DNA of 64,000 nt from the IMG/VR virus record IMGVR_UViG_3300025000_000089; one strand, 5' to 3'. Positions within the stretch are counted from its first letter, which is position 1, and each line of letters starts with the position of its first letter. The position numbers were made by a program, and so were the translations under genes. This DNA is from an uncultured virus (IMG/VR IMGVR_UViG_3300025000_000089) (Duplodnaviria > Heunggongvirae > Uroviricota > Caudoviricetes). Below are positions 1 to 7,931 of this stretch, in pieces. Below the pieces are notes generated by a model, which was not told the DNA's origin, ran no database searches, and worked only from the letters and a program-made list of their open reading frames with translations.

Positions 1-99
1 GAGGGGTGGCTTGCAACCAAGGAGATGGCAACGCGGCAGATCCGTAAGCAGCTTGCCAGTGGACAGCCGACAGAGACGGTTACTGCGGAGTACTACTGA
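1..99 (+). CDS. Head-tail adaptor, 3' fragment
   Basis: Matches the C-terminus (EGWLATKEMATRQIRKQLASGQPTETVTAEYY) of 37403-37759; TGA overlaps next ATG. Confidence 0.7.
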   Translation, partial: EGWLATKEMATRQIRKQLASGQPTETVTAEYY

Positions 100-1556
100 T
101 GCAGACCCGCTCTCTCCCCATAGGCAACGGCGTCACCCTGGATATCAACGACACCTCCGCAAAGGATGGCGTTTCAATCTCCTTCGTCAACGCCTACACC
201 GACCGCAGCGGCGCAATCCGGACCTTACCAGGGTGCACCGAATACGCCGACACCGGAGCAGGCGACGTGCCGGTCTGGTCCTACTACTCGACTGACCTTG
301 AGGTGTTGGTTATCGTGGCCGGCGGGCGGATCTTCACGCAGGCCGAGCATGATGGAGTTCTCACCGAGGTATCCGGCGCGACCATCTCCCTGACCTCCCC
401 CCCGACCTTCACCGAAGATGCCGACAACATCTTTCTCGCCGCAGACTCCGTGATTTACAAGCTGGAAGGGACCACAGCTACAGCCGTCCCAAACTCGCCC
501 TTGCACGTCACCAGTTTGGCCTACATCGGCGGCTATCTCAAGGCGAAGGGTGAGCTAGCATCCGGCGCGGTTGCTGGCGATACGCACTACAGCGACGATA
601 AAGCCAACGGATACAGCGCGTGGGAGGTCTACAACAACGAGTCCCGACCTGACGCGCTGATGGCGATTGTGGTGGCTTACGAGCAAATTTACAACATCGG
701 GCGCACGTCGCTTGAGGTCAGCTATATCGACGGCACCGTTCCCTTTTCGGTCAACAAGAACGCCGCGCAGCACTTCGGGACCATGGCCCCCCACTCGGTA
801 GTTTTCGACGGCGAAAGCCTGTACTACCTTACGGAAGTGGCAAAAAGTCGAAAGATCATCCAGCTTGCCGGCGGCGGTAGTCCTCAAATCATCTCCTTCC
901 CCATTGACGTACCGATAGAGAAGTTTGAGCGGGTAGACGACGCGCAGGGCTTCATCATGGCATGGGCGGGACAGAACGGGTATGCGATCACCTTCCCGAC
1001 CGCAAACGCCGTGGTAGATGAGCAGTACTGGACCGGCATTACCCTTTTCTACCACCTGCAGAGCAAGGCATGGATCATCCTCGGCCAATGGGACGCAGCC
1101 ACAGCGACCTATGGCCCTTACCGCGGCGTCTCCTTCACCTTTGTGGAACCGTGGGGGCTTAGGCTCATCGGCGGCAGAGACGGCAAGCTGTACAAGCTCC
1201 AGGCGACGGAAGGGCAGGATTACACGGACGCGCCGGAATTCCTGCACAGGTGGCGCGACAACGGGACAAAGGAATGGGGCAACGGGCGGCAAGTATCGCT
1301 AGGACTGGCAGGGCGGTACGAGCAGTTCCCGTCCATCCGGCAGTGTGGCGCATACCGCAGCAGGCAGCATCAGTTCATTTTCACCGACCATACCGACGCA
1401 GGGGAGATATTCCGCGCCTCTGTCAAGACCGGCCACATCTCGCACAAGGTGGCGAACAAGAAAGCCGCCGTGATGTACCGCTATGACGTGCAGTGCGGGC
1501 AACCGGAGTTTGTGCTTAACGGCGTGGTCGAGCAGTTCGACATTCTAAGGAGCTAA
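99..1556 (+). CDS. Tail hub / packaged-DNA stabilisation protein (P22 gp10-like)
   Basis: 485 aa beta-rich; position after adaptor; NNESRPD and RWRDNGTKEWGN..SLGLAGRY motifs typical of gp10-like proteins. Confidence 0.75.
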   Translation: MQTRSLPIGNGVTLDINDTSAKDGVSISFVNAYTDRSGAIRTLPGCTEYADTGAGDVPVWSYYSTDLEVLVIVAGGRIFTQAEHDGVLTEVSGATISLTSPPTFTEDADNIFLAADSVIYKLEGTTATAVPNSPLHVTSLAYIGGYLKAKGELASGAVAGDTHYSDDKANGYSAWEVYNNESRPDALMAIVVAYEQIYNIGRTSLEVSYIDGTVPFSVNKNAAQHFGTMAPHSVVFDGESLYYLTEVAKSRKIIQLAGGGSPQIISFPIDVPIEKFERVDDAQGFIMAWAGQNGYAITFPTANAVVDEQYWTGITLFYHLQSKAWIILGQWDAATATYGPYRGVSFTFVEPWGLRLIGGRDGKLYKLQATEGQDYTDAPEFLHRWRDNGTKEWGNGRQVSLGLAGRYEQFPSIRQCGAYRSRQHQFIFTDHTDAGEIFRASVKTGHISHKVANKKAAVMYRYDVQCGQPEFVLNGVVEQFDILRS

Positions 1557-1574
1557 CCTTAAAAGGAGACTTAA

Positions 1575-1847
1575 ATGAATTTTGGACAAGCAGTTGAAGC
1601 ATTGAAGCTGGGCAGCAAGGTAGCACGTGAGGGATGGAACGGCAGGGGAATGTTTGTGGTGCATCAGAAAGGTTACCCGCAGGGCATCCCTTGCAACAAA
1701 CAGACGGCGGAAGCATGGGGGCTCAACGAGGGCGACCTCTTCCGGTGCGAGCCGTATCTGCAGATCAAGATGGTAAACGGTTCGCACGCAATGTGGGTTC
1801 CTTCCATCAATGATGTCTTGGCTGAAGACTGGTCAATAGTTCTTTAA
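1575..1847 (+). CDS. tad2: DUF2829 / Thoeris anti-defence 2 (Tad2)-like sponge
   Basis: MNFGQAVEALKLGSKVAREGWNGRGMF...WVPSINDVLAEDW family signature; RBS AAGGAG. Confidence 0.85.
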   Translation: MNFGQAVEALKLGSKVAREGWNGRGMFVVHQKGYPQGIPCNKQTAEAWGLNEGDLFRCEPYLQIKMVNGSHAMWVPSINDVLAEDWSIVL

Positions 1848-2785
1848 TGCCAAGCGAAAACCCGCAAACAACCCTCCCCCCTGTCCCGCGTGAGCCGATA
1901 GTAAGCAGCGGCGGGCAGACATCGGCGCAGTGGACCCGCTGGCTCCAACAGGTGCAGCGCGTCCTCTCCTTCGCCGGCGGGATAGCTTGGGGGATCGTCA
2001 ACAAGGCGGGTTCAAAGCTATCGGATATCGAAACCCGCACCCATGCCATGTTGCAGGACGTTCTCGGATGGGTCAACGACGCCGACGACGCCCAGGTGCG
2101 GCACATTTCCAACGCAGACGGCAAGGTGTGGCAGGACCATGTTGACGTGACCGACGGCAACCCGCACGGCACCGACCATGCAATGTTGGAGTCGATAGCC
2201 GAACTCGACCCGACCAGCACGGACGCGACCAAGGACCGGCACCTTTCCGACGCGCAAGCCAAGGTGTGGCAGGACCATTCAGAAGCCACTGACAACCCGC
2301 ACGCTACAGACCTTGAGCAAGTGACGGCAGAAGGGGCCAACTCTCCTCTTCTGTTCTCCTGCGGTGACAAGGTAGCTCTAACACCCGAAGGTGGCCTAGC
2401 CGTCAAGCTCACCAACCGCACAGGGACGGCATCGGTCAAGGGAAGCGTCCTCACCATGTCAACCGCCTATGACAACGCCTTTGCCCTACAGACAGCCGAA
2501 TTTGACGGCGTGGCGGTGGCATACGAGAGCGGCATAGCGGACGGGGCGGAATCGTGGGTAGTGGTATCGGGCATCGCTGAGGTGCTGCTAAAAGACGGCA
2601 CAGCGGCGACCCATGGCGCATGGACGAAGTGTGCCGACACGGACGGGCGCGCAGAGGCGACCATCCCGCCAAGTGGCATCGGGGCGCTTTCTACGGCAGA
2701 CCATTTCAAGGAAATCGGGCATTGCATCGAAAGCAAGGCCGCAGGAACGGACGTGCTGGCAAAAGTCGTGCTGCACTGGAACTAA
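1847..2785 (+). CDS. Tail needle/plug protein (gp26 slot) with His-containing internal repeats and a C-terminal knob
   Basis: N-terminal PPVPREPIV..QWTRWL; two HAML..RH(I/L)S.A..KVWQDH..NPH.TD repeats; synteny. Confidence 0.6.
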   Translation: MPSENPQTTLPPVPREPIVSSGGQTSAQWTRWLQQVQRVLSFAGGIAWGIVNKAGSKLSDIETRTHAMLQDVLGWVNDADDAQVRHISNADGKVWQDHVDVTDGNPHGTDHAMLESIAELDPTSTDATKDRHLSDAQAKVWQDHSEATDNPHATDLEQVTAEGANSPLLFSCGDKVALTPEGGLAVKLTNRTGTASVKGSVLTMSTAYDNAFALQTAEFDGVAVAYESGIADGAESWVVVSGIAEVLLKDGTAATHGAWTKCADTDGRAEATIPPSGIGALSTADHFKEIGHCIESKAAGTDVLAKVVLHWN

Positions 2786-2794
2786 GGAGGATTT

Positions 2795-3424
2795 ATGAGT
2801 TTTTTGGGTAGTTTCTTCGTACCTTGGGACCAGACCCACAGCAGCAACTCGCTTATCAGCACCATTGCGGACCCTATGGACCTTTCCGGCAACCGCGCAG
2901 ATCGGGCCCAAGACAGCATTATGGGATCGCAGCAGGCCGCAGCCGATGCGTCCATGAAGGAGCTGCAGGACAGTTACGACAAAATCAAGGAACTGTACAA
3001 GCCCCTTGAGGACGCGGGAAGGGAAGGACTTGCACAACTCAACAGCCAAGGTTTCACGCCGTCCGATACCTACAAGAACAGCCTTGCAGTAGGTGAGCGC
3101 GACCTAGGCCGCAAGCTCCGCGCAATGGGCCGCTATAACTCCACATTCGGCTCACGGCAGATGGGGGAGTTTTACCAGAAATCCGCACAAGAGGAAGCCG
3201 ACCGGCAGTATGCGCCGACCCTCTCGCTGATCCAGACGGGCAGCGGGGCGGTCAACGCTATCACCGGCGCGGGTACCACCTTTGGCGGGGCGACGGATAA
3301 AACGCTGGCAAATCTCGGCCAGGGGATGTTTAACGCCGCCCAGAACTACGGAGCGCAGCGGCAGAGCAGCATGAACAATGCGGCCAACACGCTCAGCTCA
3401 ATGGCGCAGTACTACAACACTTAG
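2795..3424 (+). CDS. DNA ejection protein, gp7-like paralogue A
   Basis: Ala/Gln/Gly-rich helical protein; shares LRAMGRYNST..DRQ with 42070-42750. Confidence 0.6.
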   Translation: MSFLGSFFVPWDQTHSSNSLISTIADPMDLSGNRADRAQDSIMGSQQAAADASMKELQDSYDKIKELYKPLEDAGREGLAQLNSQGFTPSDTYKNSLAVGERDLGRKLRAMGRYNSTFGSRQMGEFYQKSAQEEADRQYAPTLSLIQTGSGAVNAITGAGTTFGGATDKTLANLGQGMFNAAQNYGAQRQSSMNNAANTLSSMAQYYNT

Positions 3425-3432
3425 GAGCCGAC

Positions 3433-4044
3433 ATGCTACCTCTCATTTTAGCGGGCGCTTCCATGCTTTCCAGTTCTGCCGGTACATCAGCCGCGCAGTC
3501 TGCAACCAAGGAAGGGGCAAGGGCTCAGACGAAGATAAACCAGCAGGCAATCGACAAGCGCCGCGCCATTCAAGACGATCTGACAGCCCGAAATAAGCCG
3601 TATTACGACCAGGGGATACAGCAGATACCGTCCATCCTCGCCATGAGCAAGAATCCCGATTTCTCCGCGTCTGACCCCGCATATGGCGACAAGTACAGCC
3701 AGGGGGCGAACCAGATGCGGCTTTCGAGCATGGCGCGGCTAGGGCGAAACCTTGCGCCGCAGTCGGAGCTCGACGCCAACTTCAACAACTCGGAACAGGC
3801 GCGACTCCTGAACCGCCGACTTGATATGCTCAAGGTCGGATACGGGCAGGCAGGGACGGCGGGGCAATCGCTCATGACCACCGGCACCTCCATTGCCGAC
3901 ATCGGGCAGCGGATCGGGAACATTCAGGCGAACGCGCAGACTCTCAGGGGGCTTGGGCGGCAACAGGCAACAGACGAAGCCATGGGCGGGGCCAGCTATA
4001 TTCCGCTGTACCTCAACTATAAACGGCTGAACTCGGAGGGGTAA
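3433..4044 (+). CDS. DNA ejection protein, gp7-like paralogue B
   Basis: Hydrophobic N-terminus, NKPYYDQG motif, Ala/Gln-rich. Confidence 0.6.
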   Translation: MLPLILAGASMLSSSAGTSAAQSATKEGARAQTKINQQAIDKRRAIQDDLTARNKPYYDQGIQQIPSILAMSKNPDFSASDPAYGDKYSQGANQMRLSSMARLGRNLAPQSELDANFNNSEQARLLNRRLDMLKVGYGQAGTAGQSLMTTGTSIADIGQRIGNIQANAQTLRGLGRQQATDEAMGGASYIPLYLNYKRLNSEG

Positions 4045-5295
4045 ATGGCGCAGAACAACGTGTTTCAGATGCTGGCGCAGCAGGAGCTTGACAGGCCGCA
4101 GCGGAGACTTTCCAAGTTGCAGACCCAAATGGCTGAGATGCAGATGAAGAAGGCCACGGAGGAGCAGGCGTATCAAGACAGGTTCAAAACTGCGATGAAT
4201 AGCGGCGGTCAACCGCTGTCGCTTTCCAGTATAGGCGACCCTACATCAGCCGTGAACGTCCCGCGCTCGCCGGAAATGCCACAGCAGCCCACGATAGTGG
4301 ACCAGTTCAAGCGGCAGTACGACTTTCACTTACAAAATGGCCGCGCAGACCTCGCACAACAGGTAATGGAGCATCAGGTGGACCTGTCGAGCAAGGCGGC
4401 GAAGGTGGCAGAACAGGCGTTCAAGACGGGCGGCAAGGAGGGGCTTGCAGCATGGCTACAGGCAAACCCAACCTTTGCCCCCCTGCTAGGCGACCCCTCG
4501 CACATGCAACTCACTCAGGACGGCGTACTCTTCCCCGCTTCCGACGAGAAGGGGCAACCGGTACCGGGCATGTTCTGGTATCGCGGGGCAGACGGAAGCG
4601 TGCAATGGAAGGAGATTAAGCCGCAGGTTGACCAGGAGGCGCTGATCGACAAGCGATTCGCCAACCAACAGAAACTGCAATCCGAGCAGATCGCAGCGCA
4701 GGACCGGCGCACGGCGCAGCAGATAGCGGCGGCGGATAGACGGGCGGCGAAGTCTGGAACCCGCGATACGATGCAGGGTGGCAAGCCCACAGGTGGCAAA
4801 ATCCTCCCCGCTGGCCAACTGGAATCCATCGCAGACATGAAGCGCGTCAAGGATGTCCTGGCGGAAGCATCCGACTTGCTCAAGGGTGGCAAGGTCGATA
4901 CCGGACCCGTCTCTGGACGCTTGCAATCTCTCGGCGCAAAGGTCGGGCTTGCCTCTGACAACTTCGTCAACCTGCAGCAGAAGATGCAGACGGCAGAGAA
5001 CATTATGCTCAAGCTCCGATCTGGCGCGGCTGTCACTGAGAGCGAGTACCAGCGGTTCAAGAAGGAATTCCCGCGCACAAGCGACACTCCCGAAGTGCGG
5101 GACCGCAAGATGTCGAATGCGATTCAGTACGCCTCAACCCTCATGGACAGCAAGATGGACATTTACGAGGAGGGCGGTTACAGGGTGCCACAGAGCGTCA
5201 AGAGCGGTAGCAGGCTGGTGCAGAAGGGCAACGCGCAGCCGAAACAGGGACAGACCAAGAAGGGCGGCAGGTTCACCATCATCGAGGTGAAGTAA
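4045..5295 (+). CDS. DNA ejection protein (gp20 slot)
   Basis: Gln/Ala-rich; synteny; C-terminal half shared with 42760-44031. Confidence 0.55.
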   Translation: MAQNNVFQMLAQQELDRPQRRLSKLQTQMAEMQMKKATEEQAYQDRFKTAMNSGGQPLSLSSIGDPTSAVNVPRSPEMPQQPTIVDQFKRQYDFHLQNGRADLAQQVMEHQVDLSSKAAKVAEQAFKTGGKEGLAAWLQANPTFAPLLGDPSHMQLTQDGVLFPASDEKGQPVPGMFWYRGADGSVQWKEIKPQVDQEALIDKRFANQQKLQSEQIAAQDRRTAQQIAAADRRAAKSGTRDTMQGGKPTGGKILPAGQLESIADMKRVKDVLAEASDLLKGGKVDTGPVSGRLQSLGAKVGLASDNFVNLQQKMQTAENIMLKLRSGAAVTESEYQRFKKEFPRTSDTPEVRDRKMSNAIQYASTLMDSKMDIYEEGGYRVPQSVKSGSRLVQKGNAQPKQGQTKKGGRFTIIEVK

Positions 5296-7547
5296 TGGCA
5301 CGGTACACCGTAAAGGACAACGCGACCAAGAAGACCGTCACTTTTGAATGGGAGGGGGATGCACCGCCGACAGATTCGGATATGGCGGAAGTGTTCAGCG
5401 CGGCGAGAGTGACCCGCTCGGCTGAAATCGGCAAGGGCGCCAAGATGTCGCCGCAGGAGGCAAGCACCTACGCCGCAGACCGTGCGGCATTCGCGCAGCA
5501 GGGGGGTGTGTCCACCTTTGGAGCCAAACAGGGCGGCGACACGCGCAAAATCAGCTACAGCGATACCGGTTACCGACCGAATCAGCCCGCGAAGTCACTC
5601 AAGGATGTGGCAAGGAACGCCGTGCAGGACGTGGTGGAGCTTCCCCTCATGCCGGTGCGGATGCTTTCTGACATTGCCAACTCCCCTGATACGCCGCGCA
5701 CACTCAAGGACATCGGTGTCAATATGGCGCGTGGTCCGTTGGAATTCGTGCCGGGAGTGGGCGAGATGTTGGGCGGGCGATCAGCAACTGAGGCATGGGC
5801 GACTAACCCTGGATTCGGGGCGATGACGCTGGCAGGCGGGGCAGCAATAGGGCGCGGTGTAAAGGCTGGCATGGCTGAGCGAAGGGCGATACCGGCAGTG
5901 GAAAAACTGACCAAAGAGGTTGACAACTCCTTCAACAAAGCGGTTCGCCCGTCAGTGGAGAACACCCGCACTGCAGCCCAAGCGGCGGGCTACACGGACA
6001 ACGCAAGAACTGCCGTGAAAGAGATAGTCATCAACAAGGGCAATTACAAAATAGTCAACGAGCATGGCGAAGCGGTTGCTGGGCTTCCACAAAACCTTGA
6101 CCAGTTCCGTCAATCAATCGACGGCACGAAGCGGGCTATCTGGAAAAAGGTTGAGGAGATAAACAGCGCGGCAGGGGCGAAGGGTGCAGAGGTTCCGCTG
6201 CAGTCAGCGGTATCGGAACTCCAAAGTCTGAGAACTAACCCCGTATATTCCACCATGGAGCCGGAAACGGTATCTTACGCCGCAAAACGAGCCGACGCAC
6301 TATCTAAGCAACGAGCTTTTACTGTAGATCAGGCGCAGGATGCCATTACCCTTGCAAACCAGAGCCTCAAGAACTTCTACCGCAACCCCTCGACCGATAC
6401 AGCGTCTAGGGCATACGTGGACAGCCTCATAGCAAACCATCTGCGCAGCAACCTTGACGCCGCACTGGAATCGGCGACAGGGACACCAGCCGCCGCAGGA
6501 TTGCGGAAGTCTTACGGCTCGCTCAAGGCGATTGAGCGGGATGTGAACCAGCGGGCAACAGTGGACGCGAGAAAGAACACAAAGGGGCTGCTTGACTTTG
6601 CGGACGTCTACACGGCGGGCGAACTGGTCAACGCGCTTGCATCCTTCAACCCCGCAGGAATAGCCAAGGCTGGCACGATGGCGGCGGTCAAGGGGTACAT
6701 AAAGAAATTGAACGATCCGAATACCCACGTCAAAAGGGTTTTCACTGCAGCAGACAAGCTGGTCAACAGGGTAGACATTCAGCGCCCAACACCGTACAGC
6801 GTCCCGACAATCAGCAGGAATCAAACGGTGCTGGATTCAGAGTCGATACCAGCTGCGTCCGGTGGATCACTCGGGGATGCCATACCGGGAGGGTACCAGA
6901 AAACATACGGATGGGATGGCAAACAGGCAGGCCCGCAAGGCGTCCTCAATCCTGAGGTGCTTCCGCAGAGGTCAAGAATTTCCAACTTGGGCGATCTTGT
7001 CGGAGATCCAACGAGGTACCAGCGGGAGTACGGATGGGAAGGGCGGGGTCAATTATCGTCCATGGCAAATCCCGAAACACTCCCGCCGCAGCAATCGAGC
7101 CAGATGGTAAGGCTGTCTGATATTGGCGGGCGCATTGTGCCTCACAGAGAGGCCATGGCAAAGCGAGTCCCCCAAGGATTTAACCCAGAAGTCGCAGTTG
7201 GCAGAGAATCGCAGTTGGGCGATGTAATACCGGGGCGCAAACCATCCAATAACTCAAGTCCTACGAAGCCGCAAGGAGGCGCACCCCCAAGAAATATAAA
7301 TACGCTCAACCCTGACGCACCCGCAAGGAAGCAGTTGTCACCCAACCTTTTATCCACAACAAAAGATCATCAGTCACAAGCTTTACAGCCAAAGGCTATC
7401 ACCTGGCGCGATTTCGTCGCATCCAAGATGAGCCAGTACATGAAGGAAGAAGGTAGCCATTCCGCTGCCATGAAGCGTATGTCGCGAGAGTGGAAGGATA
7501 TAGCAAACAAACTCAACCCCAAAAAGGAGACCACAAATGAAAGGTAA
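5295..7547 (+). CDS. Large DNA ejection protein (gp16 slot), 750 aa
   Basis: Synteny; Ala-rich helical body; first ~38 aa identical to 44031-45611. Confidence 0.55.
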   Translation: MARYTVKDNATKKTVTFEWEGDAPPTDSDMAEVFSAARVTRSAEIGKGAKMSPQEASTYAADRAAFAQQGGVSTFGAKQGGDTRKISYSDTGYRPNQPAKSLKDVARNAVQDVVELPLMPVRMLSDIANSPDTPRTLKDIGVNMARGPLEFVPGVGEMLGGRSATEAWATNPGFGAMTLAGGAAIGRGVKAGMAERRAIPAVEKLTKEVDNSFNKAVRPSVENTRTAAQAAGYTDNARTAVKEIVINKGNYKIVNEHGEAVAGLPQNLDQFRQSIDGTKRAIWKKVEEINSAAGAKGAEVPLQSAVSELQSLRTNPVYSTMEPETVSYAAKRADALSKQRAFTVDQAQDAITLANQSLKNFYRNPSTDTASRAYVDSLIANHLRSNLDAALESATGTPAAAGLRKSYGSLKAIERDVNQRATVDARKNTKGLLDFADVYTAGELVNALASFNPAGIAKAGTMAAVKGYIKKLNDPNTHVKRVFTAADKLVNRVDIQRPTPYSVPTISRNQTVLDSESIPAASGGSLGDAIPGGYQKTYGWDGKQAGPQGVLNPEVLPQRSRISNLGDLVGDPTRYQREYGWEGRGQLSSMANPETLPPQQSSQMVRLSDIGGRIVPHREAMAKRVPQGFNPEVAVGRESQLGDVIPGRKPSNNSSPTKPQGGAPPRNINTLNPDAPARKQLSPNLLSTTKDHQSQALQPKAITWRDFVASKMSQYMKEEGSHSAAMKRMSREWKDIANKLNPKKETTNER

Positions 7548-7635
7548 AAGCTGCAGCATGGGTAAAGGGATGAAGATGGGGATGGCGCCGAGACCGCCCC
7601 GCCCGCCGAAGAAGCCCGGCACGAAGAAAGCCTAA
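7537..7635 (+). CDS. 32-aa Lys/Pro/Met-rich microprotein
   Basis: RBS AAGGAG; MKGKSCSMGKGMKMGMAPRPPRPPKKPGTKKA; conserved at 45731-45829. Confidence 0.7.
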   Translation: MKGKSCSMGKGMKMGMAPRPPRPPKKPGTKKA

Positions 7636-7679
7636 CCTGCGGGGGCTTCGCGGCCCCCTCCTTCACAGGAGAATTACTC

Positions 7680-7931
7680 ATGCCACAAAACACGCCCGAA
7701 CTTGCGTGGTGGGTAATGACTGGGGCCATGATTGGCCTGCTATCCCTTGTGACGTGCGGCGTTGGCATCATAGGGTATCTGATCAAGACCGGCAACGATG
7801 ACCAAAAGGCGGGGCTTGGCCGCTTGGCAGACAAGATAGACGAAATGCAGGCCCACAGTGCAACCACAGACATAACGCTTGCCAAGCACATAGCGGCGTG
7901 CATGGAGCGCCACAAGGAGCATACCACATGA
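7680..7931 (+). CDS. Small membrane protein, holin/antiholin candidate
   Basis: One long hydrophobic segment followed by a coiled-coil tail; homologue at 45873. Confidence 0.45.
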   Translation: MPQNTPELAWWVMTGAMIGLLSLVTCGVGIIGYLIKTGNDDQKAGLGRLADKIDEMQAHSATTDITLAKHIAACMERHKEHTT

